From positions 87,174,001 through 87,238,000 of the forward strand of contig NC_086108.1 in the NCBI RefSeq assembly GCF_963921235.1: a stretch of DNA of 64,000 bases, written 5' to 3'. Position numbers and translations under genes: made by a program. Of this stretch, positions 35,569 to 48,357 are shown one piece after another. Position 1 is the first letter of the stretch. Every line of letters starts with the position of its first letter. The notes beneath the pieces are model-generated. The model saw only the letters and a list, made by a program, of their open reading frames with translations. It was not told the DNA's origin and did no database searches. Source of the DNA: Mobula hypostoma. Its lineage: Eukaryota.

Positions 35569-38500
35569 GGAGGGCTTAAATTAATTTGACAGGGGGGTGG
35601 GAACCGGAGTGATAGGGCTGAGGAAGGGGAAAACAGAAATAAATCAAAGATAGTGTGCAACAGAGATGATAGAAAGGACAGGCAGAAAATGAGGCATAAT
35701 CACAGCCAGTGGGATGATTTACAAAGCAATAGAGACATGGTATAGTTAAAACAGAAATCAACAAATATTGGAATGAAAATGTTATATTTGAATGCACGCA
35801 GCACAAGAAATAGAATGAAGGATCTTGAAATTCAGCTACTGATTGGCAAGTACGACGTTGTGACCATCTCTGAAACTTGGTTAAAGGATGGCTGCCATTG
35901 GGAGCTGAATGTCCAAGGATATATGGTGTATCAGAAAGATAGGCTAGTAGGCAGTGGGGGGTTGTGTGACCCTGCGTATAAGAAATAAAATTAAATCACT
36001 AGAAAGGGATGACATAGGATGGGAAGGTGTAGAGTCTCTAAGGGTTGAGTTAAGAAATGGCAAGGGTAAAAGGACCCTAATGGCAATTGTATACAGGCCT
36101 CCAAACAGCAGCTGGGATGCGGATTACAAATTACAGCAGGAGATAGAAAAGGCATGTCAGAAGGGCAATATCATGATAATTACTGGAGATTTCAATATGA
36201 AAGTGGATTGGGAAAACCATTTTAGTACTGGACCTCAAGAGAGAGAATTTGTAGACTGTCAAAGGGATGGCTTTTTAGAACAGCTTGTTGTTGAGCCCAC
36301 TAGGGGACTGACTGTGCTGGATTGGGTGTTGTGCAATGATCCAGAGGTGATAAGAGAGCTTAAGGTTAAGGAATCCTTATGGAACAGTGATCACAATATG
36401 ATCGAGTTCACTTTGAAATCTGAGAAGGAGAAATTAAATTTCAATGTGTTGGCATTTCAGTGAAACAAAGGAAGTTACAATGGCATGAGAGGGGAACTGG
36501 CCAAAGTTGACTGGAAAGGGACACGAGCAGGAAGGACAACAGATCAGCAGTGGCTGGAGTTTCTGCAAAAAATGAGGGAAGTGCAAGATAGTTATATTCC
36601 AAATAAGAAATATTCAAATGGAAGAAGGACACTACCATGGTTGACATGTGAAGTCAGAGTCAAAGTAAAAGCAAAAAAAGAGGGCATACAAGGAAGCTAA
36701 CATAGAAACATAGAAAGCATACAGCACAATACAGGCCATTCGGCCCACAAGACTGTGCTGAATATGTCCTTACCTTAGAACTATCTAGGCTTTACCCATA
36801 GCCCTCTATTTTCCTCAGCTCCATGTAGCCAGCCAGGAGTATCTTAAAAGACCGTATCGTTTCCACCTCCACCACCACCACCAGCAGCCCATTCCATGCA
36901 CTCATCACTCTCTGCGTAAAAAACTTAACCCTGACATCACCTCTGTTCCTACTTCCAAGCACCGTAAAATTATGCCCTCTCGTGCTAGCCATTTCAGTCC
37001 TGGGGAAAAGTCTCTGACTATCCACATGATCAATGCCTCTCATTATCTTGTACACCACTATCAGGTCACCTCTCATCCTCCGTTGCTCCAAGGAGAAAAG
37101 ACCGAGTTCACTCAACCTATTCTCATAAGACATGCTCCCCAAACCAGGCAATACCCTTGTAAATCTCCTCTGCACCCTTTTTATGGTTTCCACATCCTTC
37201 TTGTAGTGAGGCGACCAGAATTGAGCACAGAAGCTAAAGCTAGTGGGAAGATAGAGGATTGGGAAGCTTTTAAAAACTTGCAGAAGGAAACTAAGAAGGT
37301 CATTAGGAAGGATAAGATGGATTATAAAAGGAAGTTGGTGACTAATATCAAAGAAGATACTAAAAGCTTTTTTAAGTATATAAAAGGAAAAAGAGAGTCG
37401 AGGGTAGATATAGGACCAATAGAAAATGACACCGATAATATTGTAATGAGAGATGTAGAGATGACAGAGGAACTGAATGCGTATTTTGCATCAGTCTTCA
37501 CAGTGGAAGACATCTGCAGTATACCGGACATTCAAGTGAAGCATGTGCAGTGAAAATTACGACTGAGAAGGTGCTCAGGAAGCCTAATGGCCTGACGGTG
37601 GATAAATCTCCTGGACCTGATGGGATGCATCCTCGTGTTCTGAAGGAAGTAGCTGGATAGATGGTGGAGGCATTAACAAAAATCTTCCAAGAATCGATAG
37701 ATTCTGGCATTGTATCGGATTACTGGAAAATTGCAAATGTTTCTCTACTGGTGGGAGGCAGCAGAAAGGAAATTATAGACATGTTAGCCTGACATCAGTG
37801 GTTGGGAAGTTGTTGGAATCGATTGTTAGGGATGAGATTACAGAATACCTGGAGGCACGTGACAAGATAGGCCAAAGCCAGAATAGTTTCCTGAAAGGAA
37901 AACCCTGCCTGACTAACCTACTGCAATTTTTTCAGAAAATTACAAGCAGGGTAGACAAAGCAGATGTAGTAGATTGGGTGTACTAGGATTTTCAGAAGGC
38001 CTTTGACAAAGTGCTGCACATGAGTTTCCTTAGTAAGATAAGGGCCCATGGAATTACAGAGAAGGTACTAGCATGGGTGGAGCATTGGCTGATCAGCAGA
38101 AAACAGAGAGTGGGAATAAAGGGATCCTATTCTGGCTGGCTGCCGGTTACCGGTGGAGTTCCACAGGGGTCGGAGTTGTGACCACTGCTTTTTACCATGT
38201 CTGTCAATGATTTGGACTATGAATTTGTGGCTAAATTTGCCAATGATACAAAGATAGGTGGAGGAGCAGGTAGTGTTGAGGAAACAGAGCAACTTAGTTA
38301 CTTTTGGAGAATGGGCAAGGAAGTGGCAAATGAAATACAATGTTGGAAAGTGTATGGTCATGCACTTTGGTGGATGAAATAAATGGGAAGACTATTATTT
38401 AGATGGGGAGAGAATTCAAAATGCAGAGATGCAAAGGGACTTGGGAGTCCTTGTGCAGGATATCCTAACGGTTAACCTCCAGGTTGAGTGGGTTGTGAAG

Positions 38501-39159
38501 AAGGCGAATACAATGTTGACATTCATTTCTAAGGGTATAGTATAAAAGAGCAGGGATGTGATGTTGAGGCTCTCTAAGGCACTCGAGAGACTACACTTGG
38601 AGTATTGTGTGCAGTTTTGGGCTCCCTATTTTAGAAAGGATATACTGATATTGGAGAGGGTTCAGAGAAGATTCATGAGAATGATTCCAGGAATGAAAGG
38701 GTCACCATATGAGGAACATCTGGCAGCTCTTGGGCTGTATTCTCTGGAGTTCAGGAGAATGAGGGGGGATCTCATAGAAACATTCCGAATGTTAAAAAGC
38801 CTGAACAGATTAGATATAGCAAAGTTATTTCCAGTAGTAGGGGAGTCTAGGACAAGAGGGCACAATTCAGGATTGAAGGATGTCCATTTAGAACAGTGAT
38901 GTGGTGAAATTACTTTAGTCAGAGGGTGGTAAATCTGTGGAATTTGTTGTCATGAGTGACTGTGGAGGTCAATTCATTGGGTGTATTTAAAGGAGAGATA
39001 GATAGGTTCTTGATTAGCCAGGGCATCAAAGGGTGTGGGGAGAAGGCAGGGGAGTGGGGATAACTGGAAGAATTGGATTAGCCCATGATTGAAAGGCGGA
39101 GCAGACTCGATGGGCCAAATGGCCTACTTCTGCTCCGATATCTTATGGTCTTATGGTCT
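35569..39159 (+). mobile_element. CR1 LINE, near-complete ORF2 (APE + RT), decayed
   Basis: MLYLNARS, ISETWL, VYRPPN, GDFN, SDHNMIEF, DFQKAFD, GVPQGS and KFANDTK motifs; tail (TCTTATGG)n. Confidence 0.92.
36701..37229 (-). mobile_element. CR1 3' fragment nested in the previous CR1
   Basis: RVQRRFTRVLPGL...RMRGDLI; TSD GAAGCTAA (36693-36700 and 37230-37237). Confidence 0.88.
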
Positions 39160-40766
39160 AAGTGCCTTGGCCGTCAAAAGGCTGCTGGTTAAAACTCTTC
39201 TTTGATCTTTTTGACATTGTGGTTGAACTTTTGCTCGGTCAACAAGAGCTTGAGAAATAAGATTGAACTTTTATTTGGAGATGTATCATAACCAGCCAAT
39301 CTGTATAACAAAGTGAACATTCGAAAGATGAAACTGCAGGGTGGGAATTTCAGTAGAATCCAGGCAAAAGGTGCAGTGTCCACTTTCATCAGAAAATTTG
39401 AAATATATAAGCAAAACATTGGGAGAAGAATGTTCTCACAGTTTCCCTGCATGGAAACTATGGTACTCTCTTTCACAGATGATGATTTGCAAGAGTACGG
39501 CTTACACCTGTGGTCACTGAAGAAGGATTTTCAGACTTGATTCAAGGATTTGAACAATCTGAAATACCAGACTTGGTAATTAACCCATTTCTTTGCAAGG
39601 TGGAAGAACAGGAAGACAGCTTGCAAGAAGAAATTATCAAAATTCAGAATGATGAAGACCTAAGACTGCTTTTCAAAAATGTCAGCTTTTATGGTGCGTG
39701 GCTACACTGCCATATGAAGTTTCTTGACCTTTGGAGAAGAGCTAAACTGCTCTTCAGCATTTCCATCCTCCTACCTTGTTGAAAGAGGCTTCAGTGCAGT
39801 GAACCACATACTCACAAAACAGAAACCACATGGACATTGTCACACGTGGTGACCTAAGGCTTTTGCTGTCATAGCTTGAACCAGATATTTCAACTGTTGC
39901 TAAAAACCATCAAGCTCAAGGATCACATTGATATTGAAACTACTACACAGCACACAGGTACTGTGTAAGCTCAGTTTAAAGACAAATAATAATTTAAAAC
40001 AGAATCATTTTTCTCATGTTAGCATATGGTTGACGTGTTTTTACACTATGGGGGTGCCGGAAAGAATATTGTGCCTAAGAGGGGTGTTGGCTAGTATGAG
40101 GCTGCTTTAGGTGGGCGTGGGCAAGTACGAAAGTGTCTTGGGAGGTCGTTGGGCTAAAACAGGTTGGGAATTTCTGCTCCAGTATGATATGTGTCACTAG
40201 CCTACATCATTAGTAAAGATTTAGACAAATCTAAATTTAAACAAGTCTGGTTGAAGAGATGGAATCAGATGCACATCTGCTTTGGAAGGGTCTACAAGCC
40301 ATTACCTCCTACAAGGGGAAACTCAACATCACGAATGGTTGTGATGCTTCTCTCCCAAGTGAGATCAACACTTTTTATACGTGTTTTGAAAGGGAGAATA
40401 AAACTACGCCTTTGTGAATCCCTGCAGCATCTGGTGACCCTGTGATCTCTGTCTCAGAGGCTGCCGTCAGAACATCCTTCAAGAGGGTGAACCTTTGCAA
40501 GGCATCAGGCCCTGGTGGCTTCATCGTAGGGACAATCAACTGGCAGGGGTGATGAAGGACATCTTCAATGTCTGCTGCCACCAGCTTCAAAAGGGCAAAA
40601 ATCATACCAGTGCCAAAGAAGAGAATGGTGAGCAGCTTCAGAGACTTTCACCCAGTTCCACTCATATCTACTTTGATGAAATGCTTTAAGAGGTTGGTTA
40701 TGGCCAGAATCTACTCCTGTGTAAGCAAGGACCTGGATCTGCTACAATGTGCCTGTCACTACAAGA

Positions 40767-41382
40767 CAAGGGCTGATTGATAAGTTTGTGGCCTAAGGTA
40801 GAAGGAGTCAATTTTAGAAAAACTAGCACTTTTATTTTTCAACATTGTCCCCTCCTTCATGTACACACTTGGTCCAGCGGTCGTGGAGCATACGGATCCC
40901 TTCTTTGTAGAAGCCTCCACAGCAGGGGTGATTGATAAGTTTGTGGCAAAAGGTAGAAGGAGATAAGTTATTAACTTCAAAATTTCTGCATTATCACTCA
41001 AAGGGTTGAACTGCACATGCATGTAACAAAAGCGTCTTGTTCCTCCAATCACCAGCAGGGTGATTGATAAGTTCGTGGCCTAAGGTAGAAGGCGATGAGT
41101 TATACAGCTCTCATTATATGCACGTGCAGTTCAACTCTTTGAGTGAAAATGCAGAAAGTTTGATGTTAATAACTCATCTCCTTCTACCTTGGGCCACGAA
41201 CTTATCAATTACCCCTGATGTGGACCACTTCTGGAGGTCCAAGACGCCGACTTCTACAAAGAAGGGATCCATATGCTCCATGACCACTGGATTAAGTGTG
41301 TAAATGTAGGAAAAATAAATGTGCAATGATTTCTAAAACTGACTCCTTCTACCTTAGGCCACAAACTTATCAATCACCCTCG
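40767..41382. mobile_element. Mariner-derived palindromic non-autonomous element with five TIR copies
   Basis: GGTGATTGATAAGTTyGTGGCCTAAGGTAGAAGG at ~40770, 40926 and 41059, inverted at ~41180-41215 and 41343-41382. Right flank TA. Mariner C-terminus FYKEGIHMLHDHWIKCVNVG. Confidence 0.82.
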
Positions 41383-42541
41383 TAGGTCTACAGTGGATTT
41401 AACTCATTGTCTCTCCATTCATCCTTGGATCACCTGGACAATATCAGTCAAACTGCTGTTTATTGATTACTGCTCAGCATTTAAAACAATTGTATCCTTG
41501 GTACTAATCAACAAGCTCCAAAACCTGGGCTTCTGTACCTCCCTCTACAACTGGAACCTTGACTTCCTCACTGGGAGATCACAATTAGTCCAGATCAGAA
41601 TGAACATCTCCTCTTCGCTGACAATCAACACTGACGCACCTCAGAGATGCTGCTTAGCCCACTGCTCTATCCTGTCTACACCCACAACTGTGTGGCTAGG
41701 CACAATTCAAATGCCATGTTTCAATTTGCCAACCACTCAACTATTGTTGGCAAAATTTCAGATGGTGGTGAGGAGACGTACAGAATTGAGTGGTGTGGCA
41801 GTAACAGCCTTGTACACAGCGTCAGTAAGACTAAGGAATTGATTGTAGACTTCAGGAAAGGGAAGTCAAGAGAACACAGGCCAGTCTTCATCGAGGATCA
41901 GTAGTGGAAATGGTGAGCAGTTTCAAATTCCTGGATGCAATTACAAAGAAGGCACAAGGGCAGCAATATTTCATTAGGGGTTTAAGGAGACTTGGTGTAT
42001 CTCCAAAGACTAGTACTTTTCTCTACATGTACTGAGGAGATATATCGTCATCTGGTATGGAGAGGCCACCGTACAGGATTGGGAAAAGCTGCAGAAAGTT
42101 ACAAACTCAACCAGCTCCATTATAGGCACTAGCCTCCCCAGGATCAAGGGAACGTTCAAAATACAATGCCTCAACAAGCTGGCATCTGTTATTAGGGATC
42201 CCCATCACCCAGGACATGTCCTCTTTTCATTGCTACCACCAGGAAGAAGGTACAGGAGCCTGAAGACATACACTCAATGTTTCAGAAACAGCTTCTTCCA
42301 TTCTGCCATCAGATTTCTGAATGAACAATGAACCCATACACACTATCTCACTATTTTTTTCTTCTTTTGTTATCTTTTTGCACTACTTATTTAATTTATA
42401 TATATAAAAATTATATATTCCTGTGGCATAACAAGCGTTTGATTGATTGATGAAAATTATATATATCTTATTGTAATTTATAGCTTTTATTATTATTATG
42501 TTTTGTAATATACTGCTGCCACAAAACAACAAATTTGACAA

Positions 42542-43430
42542 CAATAGACAATAGGTGCAGGAGTAGGCCATTCAGCCCTTTGAGCCAGCACCACCATTCA
42601 CTGTGATCATGGCTGATCATCCACAATCAGTACCCTTTTCCTGCCTTCTCCCCATATCCCTTCACTCAGCTATCTTTATGACCTCTATCTAACTCTTTTT
42701 TGAAAGAATCCAGAGAATTGGCCTCCACTGCCTTCTGGGGCAGAGCATTCCACAGAACCACAACCCTCTGAGTGAAAAAGTTCTTCCTCAACTCCGTTCT
42801 GAATTGTCTACCCCTTATTCTTAAACTGTGGCCTCTGGTTCTGGACTCCCCCAACATCAGGAACATGTTTCCTGCCTCTAGCATGTCCAATCCCTTAATA
42901 ACCTTATATGTTTCAATCAGATCCCCTCTCATCCTTCTTAATTCCAGTGTATACACCCCCAGTCGCTCCAATCTTTCAACATTTGACAGTCCCGCCATCC
43001 TGGGAATTAACCTCGTGAACCTACGCTGTACTCCCTAATAGCAAGAATGAACTTCCTCAAATTTGGAGACCAAAACTGTACACAATATTCCAGGTGTGGT
43101 CTCACCAGGGCTCTGTACAACTGCAGAAGGACCTCTTTGCTCCTATACTCAATTCCCCTTGTTATGAAGGCCAGCATGCCGTTAGCTTTCTTCACTGCCT
43201 GCTGTACTTGCATGCTTACTTTTAGTGACTGATGAACAAGGACACCTAGATCTTGTTGTACTTCCCCTTTTCCTAACTTGACACCATTCAGATAGTAATC
43301 TGCCTTCCTGTTCTTGCCACCAAAGTGGATAACCTCACATTTACCCACATTAAACTGCATCTGCCATGCATCTGCCCACTCACCCAACCTGTCCAAGTCC
43401 CCTGCATTCTCATAACATCCTCCTCACATT
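42542..43430 (-). mobile_element. CR1 3' fragment, relatively young
   Basis: EWADAWQMQFNVGKCEVIHFG...LVRPHLEYCVQFWSP...; (CTATTGT)n tail. Confidence 0.9.
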
Positions 43431-44999
43431 TCACAACATATGCCAGTGATATTAAACCTGATTCTGATTCTGTGTCATGTGCCTGTCATTAGAGCAATTC
43501 AGCCCAATTATGTTTTCATATTCAGAGTTCATTTGCTAAGCTTTCTGATGTAGTTACCTTTGTCCAAAATCAGATCACCGGCAGATGCACCCATAAGCAA
43601 ATTATTAACTTCAATCACAATTTCTCACTCTTGCCATTGCACAAGCACATCCTCTGTCTCACGCTTCCTGTCTGATGCTGTTGTGCCTTGCAATCCTGAG
43701 TCGACAACCTTCCGCAAGAGGCCTTGGAGAAGCTGAAGCAACTTCACTGCTGAGAACTGACAGTCCTGCTGGAGACTCTCCATTATATTGGTAGCAGCTA
43801 CTTCCACCTCCTTCAGCCTTTGTTCCAAACTCAGTCATGAAACTCAGTTTGAGAATGAAAGCACTTACCTTTCTTTGCCTATACTTAACATTAACACAAA
43901 AATAAACCACTGGTTAAATTCTTCTACAGGTTTGCAAATCATCTCTATCAGTACAATAATGGAGAGTCAATGGCAGGGAGAGTTTCTCCCTTCTACCGTC
44001 TGCGTGAGATGATGGGGCTATCGGGACTTTTTTTTACCGTGCCCATGACCTGCTCTTTATCAAATTATGGTATTGCTTTGCACTGTTGTAACTATATGTT
44101 ATAATCATATGGTTTTGTCAGTTTTAGGGTTTGTCCTGTGTTTCTGTGATATCTTTCTGGAGGAACATTGCATCATTTTTTAATGCATACATTTCTAAAT
44201 GACAATAAACGAGGACTGAATGTCCTCATAATCTAAAAGAAATTTACATGCAGTCTTAAACATTAAATATTGTGTATTTGTTAAGTTAGGTTGAATTTTT
44301 TTGATTGTTAAACTGCATATGAATTTGTCCTGCAGGAAAATATCAAAACTTCAGTGCCAAACTAACTCTTCAGCCCAGTCACATAACCACTATTGGTCTC
44401 AGCTGACCTTCAGTTTCTGGTTCCAAGGTTGTAGCTTTCTACCATCTGAAAAAAAAAATTGTCTTGTAAAAATAATTCTGCAGTCTCACTATCACCTCAT
44501 CACAATAAAACTTTTTTTGTCTTGCATGGTACCTGGAGTCTACTGAAGTGGAAATATTTCCAGGCTTATCTCTATTATTAACAGGATTGCTTTTCCTTTC
44601 TCTCATGTGTCTTCATTATGAGAAGGCACACATTCACACGTTTCTCAGTATCAGCAACATTATTGCCCCTGAAACCCATCTCTATCCATTTTAAATAAGA
44701 ACCCCGAAGAACACATGAATTTTATCATAAATGCCAAGGTTCTTGATTTAGGATTGAGCTGCCATCTCATACTGTTCCAACTTTAATACTTACAAAGCAA
44801 TATGTGATCACCATACACAACGCCATATTTCTGAACTCAAGAACCAATGCTTCAAGTCTGTACGTTGAAGTTACTGGAACCCATGCTTACTTTGCAGACA
44901 CCAACTATATGGTTGCTCTGTACTCTAGTGATGGGAAATGGAGCTAGGCACAGGCAAATGGGACAGCCTTAGATGGGAATCTTGTACGGTACTTGGATG

Positions 45000-45900
45000 A
45001 CCTAATTGATAGTATTGTGGCCAAGTTTGAGGATGATACAAAGATAGGTGAAGGGGCAAGTGGTGTTGAGGAAGCAGGGAGTCTGCAAAACGACTAGGAC
45101 AGATTGGGAGAATCGGCAAAGAAGTGGCAGATGGAATGTAGTGTTAGGAAGTGTATGGTCATGCACATTGGTAAAAGGAATAAATGGTGAGAAAATACAA
45201 AAATTAGATGTACAAATGGACTTGGGAGTCCTCGTGCAGGGATCTTTAAAGGTTAACTTGCAGGTTGATTAAGTGGTAAGGAAGGAAAATGTAATGTTAG
45301 CATTCATTTCAAGAGGATTAGACTGTAAGAGCAATGATGTAATACTGTGGCTTTATAAGGTATTGGTCAGACCGCATTTGGAGTATTGTGAGCAGTTTTG
45401 GGTGCCTTATCTAAGAAAAGATGTGCCAGCATTGAGGAGGGTCCAGAGGAGGTTCACAAGAATGATTCTGGAAATGAAAGGGTTATCATGTGAGGAGCGT
45501 TTGATGGCTCTGGACCTGTACTCACTAGAGTTGAGAAGAAAAAGGGGGGATCTCATTGAAACCTATTAAATATTGAAAGGTCTGAATCAAGTGGGTGTAG
45601 AGAGAATGTTTCCTGTGCTGGGTGAGCCTAGGACCAGAGGGCACAGCCTCAAGCTAAAGAGATATCCATTTAGAGAAGAGTTCATGAGGAATTTCTTTAG
45701 CCAGGGTGTAGTGAATCTGTGGAATTCATTGCCACAGATGATTGTGGCGGCCAAGTCACTGAGTATTTTTAAAGCGGAGACTGATAGGTTCTTGATTAGT
45801 AAGAGCATCAAAGGTTGTGGGGAGAGGACAGGAGATTGGGGTTGTGTTGGAATGGTGGAGCAGACTCAGTGGGCCAGTCTGCCCCATGTCTTATGGTCTT
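45000..45900 (+). mobile_element. CR1 3' portion
   Basis: KFEDDTK, LVRPHLEYCEQFW, RTRGHSLK. Confidence 0.88.
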
Positions 45901-47290
45901 CTGGTGTTATGACCTCTAGCCTGAGTCTCACCCAACCTCAGTGGAAAAGGCCTGTTTGCACTTATCCTATCTATATTGTTCATAATCTTGTGTAATTATA
46001 TAATCTCCCCTTATTCTCCCCTGCTTCAGGGAATGAAGTCCTAGCCAATTCATCCTTTCCCTCTGATTCAGGTGCTCAAATCCTGGCAACATCCTTGTAA
46101 GTTTTCTCTGTATTCTATCTTATTGAGATCTTTCCTCTTGAAAGGTGACCAGAACTGTACACAATATTCCAAATAAGAAAAATATTGCTCACGAACATCT
46201 TATACAACTTCAGTGTAATAATGATGATAACCAGCTTCTTCTCCATTCCTCCATCTTACCTACTATTAAATTGGAGTGATGACCTGAATGCAAAATAGAT
46301 TCCCACTGGCAGTGATGTTGGAAAATAATGAACAAATATCAATATACAAACACTGTTAATTTTGAAGGACTGCTGCGGAGCTCGGGAGGATTCTCTCTTT
46401 ACCCAAGTAACATTGATAATGATATGTCACACAGAACTACTTAGTTTTACAATGCTGAGGATTATCGAGCTGCCACTGTAGATATATTACACTACTTGTA
46501 ACTGAGTGATGAACTGCTTTACTATCCAGTGAGGAACAAATAGGAAATCTGTATCATTAATCAAGACAGAGGAAGCACATGCCAGCAGTGAGGAACTTCC
46601 GAACAATAAGTGGTAACATAAATATTGGTAGAACATCAAGTCCATCAGCACTAACAACCAACTGCTGGAATAGGAATTTCCTAGCCTTATTAAATTTATA
46701 GCAATTACTTTATCAGCAGCTTTTTCTGCTAAATGTCTGCCGGCAAAATTTATTGTTATTTTTGTGACACCCCTCTGTCCCTTTATTAGGGAGAGAGACA
46801 GCGGGACTGTGGTATGTTGCATTGTCGGGTGAATGGTACATTTTTGCTCCACCACAGATCATGGTCTTTCTTGGGGGCTTTGTTATTACTTGATTGTTGG
46901 GTGGAGGGTGCTGATGCTTTTTTGCTGAAATAAGTCGGGGGGAGGGGGAGAGTCAATGTGCTGCTGCTTGTGCATGGCAGGGGGGAGTAAGGGGCTTTGG
47001 GGTTCTAAAGTTTTTACTGTCGCTCATTCTTTGGGGCACTCTTCTGTTTCTGTAGATGTCCGTGAAGAACAAGAATTTCAGGGTGTATAATGTATGCATT
47101 CTCTGATATTAATTTTAATTCTTGAACTGTTGAAACTATTGTATAGTGATGGATAATCTTTCTATTTTCATCTTAAACTGGTGAACTTTTAAGATGGTGC
47201 TGCTGAAGACAGGTGACAACTTATTGGTGGTTCCTAAATCAGGAAAAAAAACGAAATACATTATTAATGACATATTTTCTGCAAAAATGA

Positions 47291-47553
47291 TGATGATGAT
47301 GATGACATCAACTCAGACCTGAGAGGCCAGCGTCGGGCATATTCATGCATTACAAGGCGCGGTTCGAAAGGCTGTGTGGGGCGCCACTCCTTGCACAGAC
47401 ATTTCGCAGTGTTATTTTATGAGGCCGAGTTGCGAGCTCGACATCAACCCGGCGCGGATGAAGAACACGCATGGGAGTGGTCTGTCACTGAATCGATCTC
47501 GGGAACCTCTGTTCTTGAGCTCGGCGCTGATCTCACTGCGCCACCAGCCGACC
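47291..47553 (-). mobile_element. tRNA-derived SINE with (CAT)n tail
   Basis: Minus strand starts GGTCGGCTGGTGGCGCAGTGAG (A box) and has GAGATCGATTC (B-box-like). It ends in (CAT)n, with an imperfect TSD TTCTGCAAAAA(AA)TGAT on both sides. Confidence 0.75.
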
Positions 47554-47665
47554 TAAAAATTCTGCAAAAAAATGATAATGAATGGTCACCATGAACAATG
47601 AAGAGGTGCGCAAAGGCAAGGCTGAGTTGAGCATCGAAGCGTGTTGGTGTGAGACGGGGCATGTT

Positions 47666-48357
47666 ATAGACAATAGATGCAGGAGAAGGCCATTTGGCCC
47701 TTCGAGCCAGCACCAGCATTCACTGTGATCATGGCTGATCATCCACAATCAGCATCCAGTTCCTGCCTTATCCCCATAACCTTTGATTCTGCTATCTTTA
47801 AGGGCTCTATCCATCTCTTTCTTGAAAGCATCCAGAGACTTGGCCTCCACAGCCTTCTGGGGCAAAGCATTCCATACATCCACCACTCTCTGGGTGAAAA
47901 AGTTTTTCCTCAACTCCATTCTAAATGGCCTACCCCTTATTCTTAAATTGTGGCCTCTGGTTCTGGACTCGCCCATCAGCGGGAACATGCTTCCTGCCTC
48001 CAGTGTGTCCAATCCCTTAATAATCTTATATGTTTCAATAAGATCCCCTCTCAGCCTTCTAAATTCCAGAATATACAAGCCCAGTCGCTCCAATCTTTCG
48101 ACATATGACAGTCCCGCCATCCCGGGAATTAACCTTGTGAACCTACGCTGCACTCCCTCAATAGCAAGAATGTCCTTCCTCAAATTTGGAGACCAAAACT
48201 GCGCACGGTGCTCCAGGTGTGGTCTCACCAGGACCCCGTACAGCTGCAGAAGGACCTCTTTGCTCTTATACTCAATTCCCCTTGTTATGAAGGCCAGCAT
48301 GTCATTAGCTTTCTTCACTGCCTGCTGTACTTGCATGCTTGCTTTCAGTGACTGATG
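47666..48357 (-). mobile_element. CR1 3' fragment, same subfamily as 42542-43430
   Basis: Open frame HQSLKASMQVQQAVKKAN...KGYGDKAGTG. Confidence 0.9.

Larger units (their letters stand above)
34590..39931 (+). pseudogene. Buster-family hAT transposase (ZBED5/SCAND3-like), frameshifted and split
   Basis: MKPSRLQEH, IAKCGKSHTTGERLIMPA, QLDEST, CATDGA, IHCVIH and LLLHTE motifs; resumes with a V.W.SKG-like motif at ~39160; C-terminal ERGFSAV...GDLRL...HQAQGSH. Confidence 0.85.
33749..40176 (+). mobile_element. hAT Buster/Charlie-type DNA transposon, full extent, interrupted by CR1
   Basis: TIRs CAGAGATTCCCAGC (33749) and GTTGGGAATTTCTG (to 40176); TSD degenerate; transposase remnants on both sides of the CR1. 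Confidence 0.8.
40290..43470 (+). mobile_element. Rex1/Babar-type LINE, decayed, hosting a mariner-derived element and a CR1
   Basis: IIPVPKK, LMKCFKRLV, LLFIDYCSAFKTI and ELIVDFRK motifs; tail resumes at ~43430 (TAAACCTGATTCTGATTC). Confidence 0.82.

Noticed and set aside
36972..37553. 193-aa ORF, and likewise 53054-53746 and 47749-48423
   Set aside because: These are chance fusions across insertion junctions of LINE fragments, not genes.
40767..41382. CRISPR-like array of ~36-bp repeats
   Set aside because: The repeats occur in both orientations with irregular, mutually homologous spacers, in a eukaryotic context; mariner TIRs explain them.
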